Shown: piece by piece, positions 39,001 through 52,052 of the stretch
Numbering within the stretch: position 1 is the first letter of the stretch
Layout of the letters: each line of letters begins with the position of its first letter
Source: Auanema rhodensis
Taxonomy: Eukaryota; Animalia; Nematoda
Assembly (NCBI GenBank): GCA_964057225.1
Contig: OZ059897.1
Coordinates: 4,898,001 to 4,962,000 of the forward strand
DNA: 64,000 nt
Reading direction: 5' to 3'
The notes under the pieces: generated by a model
What the model was told of the DNA's origin: nothing
Database searches by the model: none
The model's input: only the letters and a program-made list of their open reading frames with translations
Position numbers and translations under genes: made by a program

Positions 39001-42000
39001 GTGCACATCACGTGTACATTTAATTAGCATAAATTAAAGTTCACGTAAATTTCAAAGTCATGGTTACCATGCACCAATATCAATAAAAATTTGTTTTTAG
39101 ACTAATATGGTCATGGGGAATCTAATTTTGAAAACCGCATCTCTTTATCTTTCACGTGAAGCAAGTTACATACCAAGTGCACATCACGTGCACATTTAAT
39201 TAGCATAAATTAAAGTTCACGTAAATTTCAAACTCATGGTTACCATGCACCAATATCAATAAAAATTTGTTTTTAGACTAATATGGACATGGGGAAACTA
39301 ATTTTGAAAACCGCATCTCTTTATCTTTCACGTGAAGCAAGTCACATACCAAGTGCACATCACGTGCACATTTAATTAGCATAAATTAAAGTTCACGTAA
39401 ATTTCAAACTCATGGTTACCATGCACCAATATCAATAAAAATTTGTTTTTAGACTAATATGGACATGGGGAATCTAATTTTGAAAACCGCATCTCTTTAT
39501 CTTTCACGTGAAGTGAGTTACATACCAAGTGCACATCACGTGTACATTTAATTAGCATAAATTAAAGTTCACGTAAATTTCAAAGTCATGGTTACCATGC
39601 ACCAATAACAATAAAAATTTGTTTTTAGACTAATATGGACATGGGGAATCTAATTTTGAAAACCGCATCTCTTTATCTTTCACGTGAAGCGAGTTACATA
39701 CCAAGTGCACATCACGTGTACATTTAAATAGCATAAAATAAAGTTCACGTAAATTTCAAAGTCATGGTTACCATGCACCAATATCAATAAAAATTTGTTT
39801 TTAGACTAATATGGACATGGGGAATCTAATTTTGAAAACCGCATCTCTTTATCTTTCACGTGAAGAGAGTTACATACCAAGTGCACATCACGTGTACATT
39901 TAATTAGCATAAATTAAAGTTCACGTAAATTTCAAAGTCATGGTTACCATGCACCAATATCAATAAAAATTTGTTTTTAGACTAATATGGACATGGGGAA
40001 TCTAATTTTGAAAACCGCATCTCTTTATCTTTCACGTGAAGCGAGTTACATACCAAGTGCACATCACGTGTACATTTAATTAGCATAAATTAAAGTTCAC
40101 GTAAACTTCAAAGTCATGGTTACCATGCACCAATATCAATAAAAATTTGTTTTTAGACTAATATGGACATGGGGAATCTAATTTTGAAAACCGCATCTCT
40201 TTATCTTTCACGTGAAGCGAGTTACATACCAAGTGCACATCACGTGTACATTTAATTAGCATAAATTAAAGTTCACGTAAATTTCAAAGTCATGGTTACC
40301 ATGCACCAATATCAATAAAAATTTGTTTTTAGACTAATATGGACATGGGGAATCTAATTTTGAAAACCGCATCTCTTTATCTTTCACGTGAAGTGAGTTA
40401 CATACCAAGTGCACATCACGTGTACATTTAATTAGCATAAATTAAAGTTCACGTAAATTTCAAAGTCATGGTTACCATGCACCAATAACAATAAAAATTT
40501 GTTTTTAGACTAATATGGACATGGGGAATCTAATTTTGAAAACCGCATCTCTTTATCTTTCACGTGAAGCGAGTTACATACCAAGTGCACATCACGTGTA
40601 CATTTAATTAGCATAAAATAAAGTTCACGTAAATTTCAAAGTCATGGTTACCATGCACCAATATCAATAAAAATTTGTTTTTAGACTAATATAGACATGG
40701 GGAATCTAATTTTGAAAACCGCATCTCTTTATCTTTCACGTGAAGAGAGTTACATACCAAGTGCACATCACGTGTACATTTAATTAGCATAAATTAAAGT
40801 TCACGTAAATTTCAAAGTCATGGTTACCATGCACCAATATCAATAAAAATTTGTTTTTAGACTAATATGGACATGGGGAATCTAATTTTGAAAACCGCAT
40901 CTCTTTATCTTTCACGTGAAGCGAGTTACATACCAAGTGCACATCACGTGTACATTTAATTAGCATAAATTAAAGTTCACGTAAATTTCAAAGTCATGGT
41001 TACCATGCACCAATATCAATAAAAATTTGTTTTTAGACTAATATGGACATGGGGAATCTAATTTTGAAAACCGCATCTCTTTATCTTTCACGTGAAGTGA
41101 GTTACATACCAAGTGCACATCACGTGTACATTTAATTAGCATAAATTAAAGTTCACGTAAATTTCAAAGTCATGGTTACCATGCACCAATAACAATAAAA
41201 ATTTGTTTTTAGACTAATATGGACATGGGGAATCTAATTTTGAAAACCGCATCTCTTTATCTTTCACGTGAAGCGAGTTACATACCAAGTGCACATCACG
41301 TGTACATTTAATTAGCATAAAATAAAGTTCACGTAAATTTCAAAGTCATGGTTACCATGCACCAATATCAATAAAAATTTGTTTTTAGACTAATATGGAC
41401 ATGGGGAATCTAATTTTGAAAACCGCATCTCTTTATCTTTCACGTGAAGAGAGTTACATACCAAGTGCACATCACGTGTACATTTAATTAGCATAAATTA
41501 AAGTTCACGTAAATTTCAAAGTCATGGTTACCATGCACCAATATCAATAAAAATTTGTTTTTAGACTAATATGGACATGGGGAATCTAATTTTGAAAACC
41601 GCATCTCTTTATCTTTCACGTGAAGCGAGTTACATACCAAGTGCACATCACGTGTACATTTAATTAGCATAAATTAAAGTTCACGTAAACTTCAAAGTCA
41701 TGGTTACCATGCACCAATATCAATAAAAATTTGTTTTTAGACTAATATGGACATGGGGAATCTAATTTTGAAAACCGCATCTCTTTATCTTTCACGTGAA
41801 GCGAGTTACATACCAAGTGCACATCACGTGTACATTTAATTAGCATAAATTAAAGTTCACGTAAATTTCAAAGTCATGGTTACCATGCACCAATATCAAT
41901 AAAAATTTGTTTTTAGACTAATATGGACATGGGGAATCTAATTTTGAAAACCGCATCTCTTTATCTTTCACGTGAAGTGAGTTACATACCAAGTGCACAT

Positions 42001-45000
42001 CACGTGTACATTTAATTAGCATAAATTAAAGTTCACGTAAATTTCAAAGTCATGGTTACCATGCACCAATATCAATAAAAATTTGTTTTTAGACTAATAT
42101 GGACATGGGGAAACTAATTTTGAAAACCGCATCTCTTTATCTTTCACGTGAAGCAAGTCACATACCAAGTGCACATCACGTGCACATTTAATTAGCATAA
42201 ATTAAAGTTCACGTAAATTTCAAACTCATGGTTACCATGCACCAATATCAATAAAAATTTGTTTTTAGACTAATATGGACATGGGGAATCTAATTTTGAA
42301 AACCGCATCTCTTTATCTTTCACGTGAAGTGAGTTACATACCAAGTGCACATCACGTGCACATTTAATTAGCATAAATTAAAGTTCACGTAAATTTCAAA
42401 GTCATGGTTACCATGCACCAATATCAATAAAAATTTGTTTTTAGACTAATATGGACATGGGGAATCTAATTTTGAAAACCGCATCTCTTTATCTTTCACG
42501 TGAAGTGAGTTACATACCAAGTGCACATCACGTGTACATTTAATTAGCATAAATTAAAGTTCACGTAAATTTCAAAGTCATGGTTACCATGCACCAATAA
42601 CAATAAAAATTTGTTTTTAGACTAATATGGACATGGGGAATCTAATTGTGAAAACCGCATCTCTTTATCTTTCACGTGAAGCAAGTTACATACCAAGTGC
42701 ACATCACGTGCACATTTAATTAGCATAAATTAAAGTTCACGTAAATTTCAAAGTCATGGTTACCATGCACCAATATCAATAAAAATTTGTTTTTAGACTA
42801 ATATGGACATGGGGAATCTAATTTTGAAAACCGCATCTCTTTATCTTTCACGTGAAGCGAGTTACATACCAAGTGCACATCACGTGAACATTTAATTAGC
42901 ATAAATTAAAGTTCACGTAAATTTCAAAGTCATGGTTACCATGCACCAATATCAATAAAAATTTGTTTTTAGACTAATATGGACATGGGGAATCTAATTT
43001 TGAAAACCGCATCTCTTTATCTTTCACGTGAAGTGAGTTACATACCAAGTGCACATCACGTGTACATTTAATTAGCATAAATTAAAGTTCACGTAAATTT
43101 CAAAGTCATGGTTACCATGCACCAATATCAATAAAAATTTGTTTTTAGACTAATATGGACATGGGGAATCTAATTTTGAAAACCGCATCTCTTTATCTTT
43201 CACGTGAAGCAAGTTACATACCAAGTGCACATCACGTGTACATTTAATTAGCATAAATTAAAGTTCACGTAAATTTCAAAGTCATGGTTACCATGCACCA
43301 ATATCAATAAAAATTTGTTTTTAGACTAATATGGACATGGGGAATCTAATTTTGAAAACCGCATCTCTTTATCTTTCACGTGAAGCGAGTTACATACCAA
43401 GTGCACATCACGTGTACATTTAATTAGCATAAATTAAAGTTCACGTAAATTTCAAAGTCATGGTTACCATGCACCAATATCAATAAAAATTTGTTTTTAG
43501 ACTAATATGGACATGGGGAATCTAATTTTGAAAACCGCATCTCTTTATCTTTCACGTGAAGCAAGTTACATACCAAGTGCACATCACGTGTACATTTAAT
43601 TAGCATAAATTAAAGTTCACGTAAATTTCAAAGTCATGGTTACCATGCACCAATATCAATACAAATTTGGTTTTAGACTAATATGGACATGGGGAATCTA
43701 ATTTTGAAAACCGCATCTCTTTATCTTTCACGTGAAGCAAGTTACATACCAAGTGCACATCACGTGTACATTTAATTAGCATAAATTAAAGTTCACGTAA
43801 ATTTCAAAGTCATGGTTACCATGCACCAATATCAATAAAAATTTGTTTTTAGACTAATATGGACATGGGGAATCTAATTTTGAAAACCGCATCTCTTTAT
43901 CTTTCACGTGAAGCGAGTTACATACCAAGTGCACATCACGTGTACATTTAATTAGCATAAATTAAAGTTCACGTAAATTTCAAAGTCATGGTTACCATGC
44001 ACCAATATCAATAAAAATTTGTTTTTAGACTAATATGGACATGGGGAATCTAATTTTGAAAACCGCATCTCTTTATCTTTCACGTGAAGCGAGTTACATA
44101 CCAAGTGCACATCACGTGTACATTTAATTAGCATAAATTAAAGTTCACGTAAATTTCAAAGTCATGGTTACCATGCACCAATATCAATAAAAATTTGTTT
44201 TTAGACTAATATGGACATGGGGAATCTAATTTTCAAATCCGCATCTCTTTATCTTTCACGTGAAGCGAGTTACATACCAAGTGCACATCACGTGTACATT
44301 TAATTAGCATAAATTAAAGTTCACGTAAATTTCAAAGTCATGGTTACCATGCACCAATATCAATAAAAATTTGTTTTTAGACTAATATGGACATGGGGAA
44401 ACTAATTTTGAAAACCGCATCTCTTTATCTTTCACGTGAAGCAAGTCACATACCAAGTGCACATCACGTGCACATTTAATTAGCATAAATTAAAGTTCAC
44501 GTAAATTTCAAACTCATGGTTACCATTCACCAATATCAATAAAAATTTGTTTTTAGACTAATATGGACATGGGGAATCTAATTTTGAAAACCGCATCTCT
44601 TTATCTTTCACGTGAAGTGAGTTACATACCAAGTGCACATCACGTGTACATTTAATTAGCATAAATTAAAGTTCACGTAAATTTCAAAGTCATGGTTACC
44701 ATGCACCAATAACAATAAAAATTTGTTTTTAGACTAATATGGACATGGGGAATCTAATTTTGAAAACCGCATCTCTTTATCTTTCACGTGAAGCGAGTTA
44801 CATACCAAGTGCACATCACGTGTACATTTAATTAGCATAAATTAAAGTTCACGTAAATTTCAAAGTCATGGTTACCATGCACCAATATCAATAAAAATTT
44901 GTTTTTAGACTAATATGGACATGGGGAATCTAATTTTGAAAACCGCATCTCTTTATCTTTCACGTGAAGCGAGTTACATACCAAGTGCACATCACGTGTA

Positions 45001-47461
45001 CATTTAATTAGCATAAATTAAAGTTCACGTAAATTTCAAAGTCATGGTTACCATGCACCAATATCAATAAAAATTTGTTTTTAGACTAATATGGTCATGG
45101 GGAATCTAATTTTGAAAACCGCATCTCTTTATCTTTCACGTGAAGCAAGTCACATACCAAGTGCACATCACGTGCACATTTAATTAGCATAAATTAAAGT
45201 TCACGTAAATTTCAAACTCATGGTTACCATGCACCAATATCAATAAAAATTTGTTTTTAGACTAATATGGACATGGGGAAACTAATTTTGAAAACCGCAT
45301 CTCTTTATCTTTCACGTGAAGCAAGTCACATACCAAGTGCACATCACGTGCACATTTAATTAGCATAAATTAAAGTTCACGTAAATTTCAAACTCATGGT
45401 TACCATGCACCAATATCAATAAAAATTTGTTTTTAGACTAATATGGACATGGGGAATCTAATTTTGAAAACCGCATCTCTTTATCTTTCACGTGAAGTGA
45501 GTTACATACCAAGTGCACATCACGTGTACATTTAATTAGCATAAATTAAAGTTCACGTAAATTTCAAAGTCATGGTTACCATGCACCAATATCAATAAAA
45601 ATTTGTTTTTAGACTAATATGGACATGGGGAAACTAATTTTGAAAACCGCATCTCTTTATCTTTCACGTGAAGCAAGTCACATACCAAGTGCACATCACG
45701 TGCACATTTAATTAGCATAAATTAAAGTTCACGTAAATTTCAAACTCATGGTTACCATGCACCAATATCAATAAAAATTTGTTTTTAGACTAATATGGAC
45801 ATGGGGAATCTAATTTTGAAAACCGCATCTCTTTATCTTTCACGTGAAGTGAGTTACATACCAAATGCACATCACGTGTACATTTAATTAGCATAAATTA
45901 AAGTTCACGTAAATTTCAAAGTCATGGTTACCATGCACCAATAACAATAAAAATTTGTTTTTAGACTAATATGGACATGGGGAATCTAATTTTGAAAACC
46001 GCATCTCTTTATCTTTCACGTGAAGCGAGTTACATACCAAGTGCACATCACGTGTACATTTAATTAGCATAAATTAAAGTTCACGTAAATTTCAAAGTCA
46101 TGGTTACCATGCACCAATATCAATAAAAATTTGTTTTTAGACTAATATGGACATGGGGAATCTAATTTTGAAAACCGCATCTCTTTATCTTTCACGTGAA
46201 GCGAGTTACATACCAAGTGCACATCACGTGTACATTTAATTAGCATAAATTAAAGTTCACGTAAATTTCAAAGTCATGGTTACCATGCACCAATATCAAT
46301 AAAAATTTGTTTTTAGACTAATATGGTCATGGGGAATCTAATTTTGAAAACCGCATCTCTTTATCTTTCACGTGAAGCAAGTCACATACCAAGTGCACAT
46401 CACGTGCACATTTAATTAGCATAAATTAAAGTTCACGTAAATTTCAAACTCATGGTTACCATGCACCAATATCAATAAAAATTTGTTTTTAGACTAATAT
46501 GGACATGGGGAAACTAATTTTGAAAACCGCATCTCTTTATCTTTCACGTGAAGCAAGTCACATACCAAGTGCACATCACGTGCACATTTAATTAGCATAA
46601 ATTAAAGTTCACGTAAATTTCAAACTCATGGTTACCATGCACCAATATCAATAAAAATTTGTTTTTAGACTAATATGGACATGGGGAATCTAATTTTGAA
46701 AACCGCATCTCTTTATCTTTCACGTGAAGTGAGTTACATACCAAGTGCACATCACGTGTACATTTAATTAGCATAAATTAAAGTTCACGTAAATTTCAAA
46801 GTCATGGTTACCATGCACCAATATCAATAAAAATTTGTTTTTAGACTAATATGGTCATGGGGAATCTAATTTTGAAAACCGCATCTCTTTATCTTTCACG
46901 TGAAGCAAGTCACATACCAAGTGCACATCACGTGCACATTTAATTAGCATAAATTAAAGTTCACGTAAATTTCAAACTCATGGTTACCATGCACCAATAT
47001 CAATAAAAATTTGTTTTTAGACTAATATGGACATGGGGAATCTAATTTTGAAAACCGCATCTCTTTATCTTTCACGTGAAGTGAGTTACATACCAAGTGC
47101 ACATCACGTGTACATTTAATTAGCATAAATTAAAGTTCACGTAAATTTCAAAGTCATGGTTACCATGCACCAATAACAATAAAAATTTGTTTTTAGACTA
47201 ATATGGACATGGGGAATCTAATTTTGAAAACCGCATCTCTTTATCTTTCACGTGAAGCGAGTTACATACCAAGTGCACATCACGTGTACATTTAATTAGC
47301 ATAAATTAAAGTTCACGTAAATTTCAAAGTCATGGTTACCATGCACCAATATCAATAAAAATTTGTTTTTAGACTAATATGGACATGGGGAATCTAATTT
47401 TGAAAACCGCATCTCTTTATCTTTCACGTGAAGCGAGTTACATACCAAGTGCACATCACGT
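36018..47461. repeat. 176-bp tandem satellite array, segment 2 (65 monomers between the two LINE copies)
   Basis: Same monomer and orientation. Length 11,444 = 65 x 176 + 4 (TSD). Confidence 0.99.
47458..47461 (+). repeat. Target-site duplication ACGT, left copy (right copy 52053-52056)
   Basis: Same junctions as copy 1. Confidence 0.8.
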
Positions 47462-47671
47462 TCATTCCGCGATTTGACCCCATTCCGCGATTTGACCTCG
47501 TCTTGGGTGGTCGACTCCTGCTCGTGTCTCTCTGCATCCCATAACGCCGGACTGGTTTTGCAAGGTACGCTTTCTTCTTTTTCTTCTAATTTTAATCCTT
47601 TTTCAATTTTCTTCTTCTTTTTTTTCTTTACTTCCTATTACTTCTTTTTTTCTCTACTTTTTCACTTAACC

Positions 47672-48736
47672 ATGTCTCACGTAACTAACGAGTTTCTTAC
47701 TACTGCCCTCGAATCACTTTCCGATTCTCTACATAACTCTTTTGCTGAACTATCAGTACAAATAAGAAACGAGCTCAGTAGTATCAAAACCGCAGTTGCA
47801 TCGCATGACTCACGCATAAAACTCATCGAAACCGATTTCAAATTGCGTCTCGAAAAGTTGGAGCAAAAGTTAACTCAACTCTCTTGCACTATTCCTAACA
47901 CCATCAATAACTCACCTCTTTTTTCTTCTTCCAATGTTGCATGCCAAATCCAAAAAATTAGAACAGAGGAGACAAAGTACGATTATCGTTCTAAGAGAGC
48001 CCTCTGGTTCCGTGTACCAGTCTCTTGCCCTGACTTACCTTCTGACCCTTCTTCTTTACTGAAACTGGTCATTGAAAAATCCAACGACGCTACTTTGTCA
48101 ACTCTCCTTAACACTAACCAAATAACCATTGCACGTTGCATCCTCAAATCAAAATCCCCAGGCCCACTCATTATTACTTGTCCATCGGTTGAATTGCGGG
48201 ACAAAATAATAGCATGTATCAAAGCAAATAAGACTAAATGTTTTGAATTTTTATCTAAAACTTTTGTACGTCGCGACTATTTTCCTTTTGAAATTCAACT
48301 GGAAAATAACCTTCGCGAGGAAGCAAAAGAAAAAAATAAAAACAACACTAAGTCCGTCTTCTTGGTGCGAGATCTTCGACTTATTGAAGTTACCCGTAAT
48401 ACAACCGATCCTCCAAACTCTCAAATAGCTCCTACTTCCTCTTGTAATCAAACCCCTAAAATACCTTCTGTTCACAACGCTCCTTTATCAACACTTCACT
48501 CTCAAACTATCACATCCCCAACCCTTTTTTCTAGCCCCCCTTGTAAATCTGGTAGAATAAGCCGGTCGAAGGAAAGACAGAACCGCACGTCGAAAGATAA
48601 GCGTTCTTCTGTTAGCCCAAGACGACGCAAAAATCCACCACGATTTGCAAAGTTAACCTCAGATCAAATAACCAGGTCTGTCAGCATGAACCCTGCATCT
48701 CAACGTGTTGCGTCTGACAAAATGTCCTTTCGTTAA
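47672..48736 (+). CDS. LINE ORF1 protein, copy 2
   Basis: Translation identical to copy 1 (offset 16,034); ATG at 47672. Confidence 0.85.
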   Translation: MSHVTNEFLTTALESLSDSLHNSFAELSVQIRNELSSIKTAVASHDSRIKLIETDFKLRLEKLEQKLTQLSCTIPNTINNSPLFSSSNVACQIQKIRTEETKYDYRSKRALWFRVPVSCPDLPSDPSSLLKLVIEKSNDATLSTLLNTNQITIARCILKSKSPGPLIITCPSVELRDKIIACIKANKTKCFEFLSKTFVRRDYFPFEIQLENNLREEAKEKNKNNTKSVFLVRDLRLIEVTRNTTDPPNSQIAPTSSCNQTPKIPSVHNAPLSTLHSQTITSPTLFSSPPCKSGRISRSKERQNRTSKDKRSSVSPRRRKNPPRFAKLTSDQITRSVSMNPASQRVASDKMSFR

Positions 48737-51560
48737 CATTGTCTCGTCCTCAACCCCTCTTGTCTCTCCTAACCCTACCAGCTTCTCAGTTCAGTGTTTT
48801 AATGCACGATCTATTCTCAACAAACTTCATTCACTATCTCACGTTATTTCCTTATCCTCTCCTGATATAATTGCTATATCAGAATCTTGGCTTTTTCCAG
48901 AGTTCGATACCCACCTACTTCCGTGCAAAGATACTTACTCTATTTTTAGAGCCGATAGGTGTACCTCACGTGGTGGTGGCGTTGTCCTCTATGTAAAAAA
49001 CCATGTCAAAGTCTGTCTCCTTTCTTGCTCTTCCCCTCAATCTTCCATACAATTTATTAACTTACTCATTCCTTCACTTAATACTGTTTTTTCACTTTGT
49101 TATCGCCCTCCATCAGCTTCTCATTCAGACTTTATTTTGTTTCTAACTGATCTACGTAAACAAATTTCCAGACGATCGTTTTTTCTAACAGGTGATCTAA
49201 ATTTCCCTAAAATCAATTGGGATCTCGGTGTTTGCTCACAACCATGCTCCTCTAGTAAATCTATTCTTCAATTTCTCAACGACTGCTGTTCTTACCAATT
49301 AGTAAAGTTCCCTACTAGAGGCAACAACATTCTCGATTATGTTATCACCGACAACATATCTAGCGTAGTCAACATAGCTCGTTCTTCTCCCCTCGGTTCC
49401 TCGGATCATCATTCTGTTGTTTTCCATATTGTCTCTGATACTTCTCAGCTAGCTACGGCGATCAACTCTTCTGATATTTCTTCTTCGGCAGCACTTCCTA
49501 TGTTTTCTGATCGTAATTTTCAAGCTGCCGATTACAACTTCATCAACCATAAACTAGCCAACATAGATTTTGCTAGTCATCTTTCCGGTCTTACTCCTTT
49601 AGACTCTTATTCCAAATTTATTCACATTCTTCACTCGGTCATCGATTGCTGCGTACCCAGGAAACAAGAAAGAAGAAAAAAGAAGATTGACCGAGATATC
49701 TCTAAACTCTCTTCTCACATTAACAAACTTAGCTCCTCTTTTCATCATCATGATGAATCCCGCCGTAAAAAACTATCTCTTTCTCTTGATAAACTTATCA
49801 AGAATAGATTGGCTTCGGAAGAAGAACGTATTGCTAATTATAACAATTCAAAACTTTTTTACCGCTTCTGCAGAACTCGTCTGGGCGGCAACACTTCAGA
49901 TATCCCTAATCTCAAAATAGATAATAATTCTGTTTCGTCTGATTCTGACAAAGCTTCTATCTTTGCCAGTACCTTCTCTGTTCACCCTCTCCCTATCTCT
50001 TCAGCTCATGCTCCTATTTCTTCTTCTTCTGGTATCATCGATTTCATTGATGTGTCTCCGCTCAACGTTTACAAAATTCTCTGTCAGTTACCTCTCCGGG
50101 TATCAACCTCTCCTGACGGAATCCCTTATTTTTTCCTAAAAAATTGTGCTTCTACTATTTCTCAGCCTCTAGCCTTTGTCTTTCACAATCTTCTTGTCTC
50201 CTCCTCTTGCCCTGCTGACTGGAAAACAGCTTGGATTCGTCCTGTTCTTAAATCAGGACTCTCTTCCAACCCGGCTAATTATCGTCCTATTTCTCTTACA
50301 TCCAGTCTCTCTAAAGTTTTTGAACGTCTCCTGCGTTCACCTCTTCTTGACTTTGGTATTTCCTCCGGTTTTATTTCACCCAATCAGTTTGCCTTTCTTC
50401 CAAAACGCAATACTGTATCGGCAATTCTTAGTAGTCATGTTCTCTGGAGATCTGCTGTGGACAAGAAAAAACCTGTTTATGTTGCCTTTATTGATTTTTC
50501 CAAGGCTTTCGATCTTATAAATCATTCTGTTCTTTTGACTAAACTAAAATCAATTGGTATCGACGGCTGTATCCACTCCTTCCTCAAAAACTTTATTACT
50601 AATAGATCTTTCTCCGTATTGGTTAATTATTCTCTATCCGCCACCAGTCATTTGCCCTGCGGAGTTCCACAAGGGACTGTTCTGGGTCCACTACTTTTCC
50701 TATTCTACATAAATGATATTACGTCAAATTTACCTGATGACGTACATCCAACTCTCTATGCGGACGACCTTAAACTCAGCAGCACTAATCCTATAAGTTT
50801 ACAATTGGCCTTGAATAATCTGAAAAATTGGTGTCTATTAAACGGTATGAAGGTAAATACCTCTAAATCTAAAGTAATGATTATATCTAGTACTACTACA
50901 TCAAGATTGAACACAATTTTCAAATTTGGCGACATCTCGTTAGCCACAGTATCAACATACAAAGATCTTGGTGTATGTACAGACTATAATCTTTCCTTCA
51001 ATAGCCACATAAATAGAATATCTAACATTGCTGCTCACAAATGTCGTGTTATCTTGCGTTGTTTTTACTCAAGATCACCAACCTTGATGTTTAAACTCTT
51101 TTGCTGTTATATCAGACCTATATTGGAATATGCCTCAGTTGTATGGTCTCCCCAAAACAACAAAGATAAAGCACGCATTGAGTCTATACAAAAAAAATTC
51201 TTAAACGCTATTTTTAAGAGAGCCGAAATAGCTTTGGATTACAAAAACCAGCTATTGTTTCTTGGAGCTAAGGAACTATCTTTTAGAAGATCGATAATTG
51301 ATCTAGTCTTTTATCATAATCAGATAACCAAAAACATTCCAGAAAACAGCCTCAATTTTTTTACTGTCAAGCACTATGCTCATTCACTTCGTAGACATCT
51401 ATGGAATGTTGAATATCCTGATCTTTGGAAAAGCGAAACAAGAACTGGAATTGAATACAGAGCTATTCAAACCTGGAACACTCTTCCTGAGAGCATCGTT
51501 CAACTGAGAAACACCGTCAGCTTCAAAAAACATCTATCTATTATTTTAAATGATTTTTAA
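48705..51560 (+). CDS. LINE ORF2 APE endonuclease plus reverse transcriptase, copy 2
   Basis: Translation identical to copy 1. Confidence 0.95.
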   Translation: MLRLTKCPFVNIVSSSTPLVSPNPTSFSVQCFNARSILNKLHSLSHVISLSSPDIIAISESWLFPEFDTHLLPCKDTYSIFRADRCTSRGGGVVLYVKNHVKVCLLSCSSPQSSIQFINLLIPSLNTVFSLCYRPPSASHSDFILFLTDLRKQISRRSFFLTGDLNFPKINWDLGVCSQPCSSSKSILQFLNDCCSYQLVKFPTRGNNILDYVITDNISSVVNIARSSPLGSSDHHSVVFHIVSDTSQLATAINSSDISSSAALPMFSDRNFQAADYNFINHKLANIDFASHLSGLTPLDSYSKFIHILHSVIDCCVPRKQERRKKKIDRDISKLSSHINKLSSSFHHHDESRRKKLSLSLDKLIKNRLASEEERIANYNNSKLFYRFCRTRLGGNTSDIPNLKIDNNSVSSDSDKASIFASTFSVHPLPISSAHAPISSSSGIIDFIDVSPLNVYKILCQLPLRVSTSPDGIPYFFLKNCASTISQPLAFVFHNLLVSSSCPADWKTAWIRPVLKSGLSSNPANYRPISLTSSLSKVFERLLRSPLLDFGISSGFISPNQFAFLPKRNTVSAILSSHVLWRSAVDKKKPVYVAFIDFSKAFDLINHSVLLTKLKSIGIDGCIHSFLKNFITNRSFSVLVNYSLSATSHLPCGVPQGTVLGPLLFLFYINDITSNLPDDVHPTLYADDLKLSSTNPISLQLALNNLKNWCLLNGMKVNTSKSKVMIISSTTTSRLNTIFKFGDISLATVSTYKDLGVCTDYNLSFNSHINRISNIAAHKCRVILRCFYSRSPTLMFKLFCCYIRPILEYASVVWSPQNNKDKARIESIQKKFLNAIFKRAEIALDYKNQLLFLGAKELSFRRSIIDLVFYHNQITKNIPENSLNFFTVKHYAHSLRRHLWNVEYPDLWKSETRTGIEYRAIQTWNTLPESIVQLRNTVSFKKHLSIILNDF
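48725..48736 (+). promoter_or_regulatory. Candidate +1 frameshift site UCC_UUU_CGU(_UAA), copy 2
   Basis: Same as copy 1. Confidence 0.7.
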
Positions 51561-52052
51561 TCTGTTTCTTGTTAATGTAACTTGAAATCTTGTCCATGTA
51601 TATATTTTTTTTTTCTTTTACTAGCATTTGTGCCTAACTGCATGTTATGGTTGGATAGTTTCCTAGTTTACTTCTGAGACCTGTTACTACGTATCGAATC
51701 CTATAGACATTAGTCATATGGATGGAGCGTTAGTTACCTCTCACTGTCAGAACGGGCTCGACTCAAGTCAAGAGTTCCACCGCACCTGTCAGAATACTAC
51801 AGAGGTCAGTGATCTTCACTGAACAAATTTTCTCTCCTTTACCAAACTAGAACTTCAAAACTTTAACACACCAGTGGTGCTGTACGCTATCATAATGAAA
51901 GGAAATATGCAGGACTCGTTTTCTTTAAACATATTAAGTCGATTATTATGTATGTTTGTATTGTAAGGTTCTTCTGTATTTCTACAATTTTCCGCTATTT
52001 ATTAACATTGTTTCCGCTCTTAACCTGTGATTCGAACAATAAACCCGTTCAA

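Larger units (their letters stand above)
47462..52052 (+). mobile_element. Full-length CR1-like LINE, copy 2 (4,591 bp)
   Basis: Identical junctions and identical translated ORFs to copy 1. The only difference noticed is T10 (51605-51614) versus T9 (35571-35579) in the 3' UTR. Confidence 0.96.
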
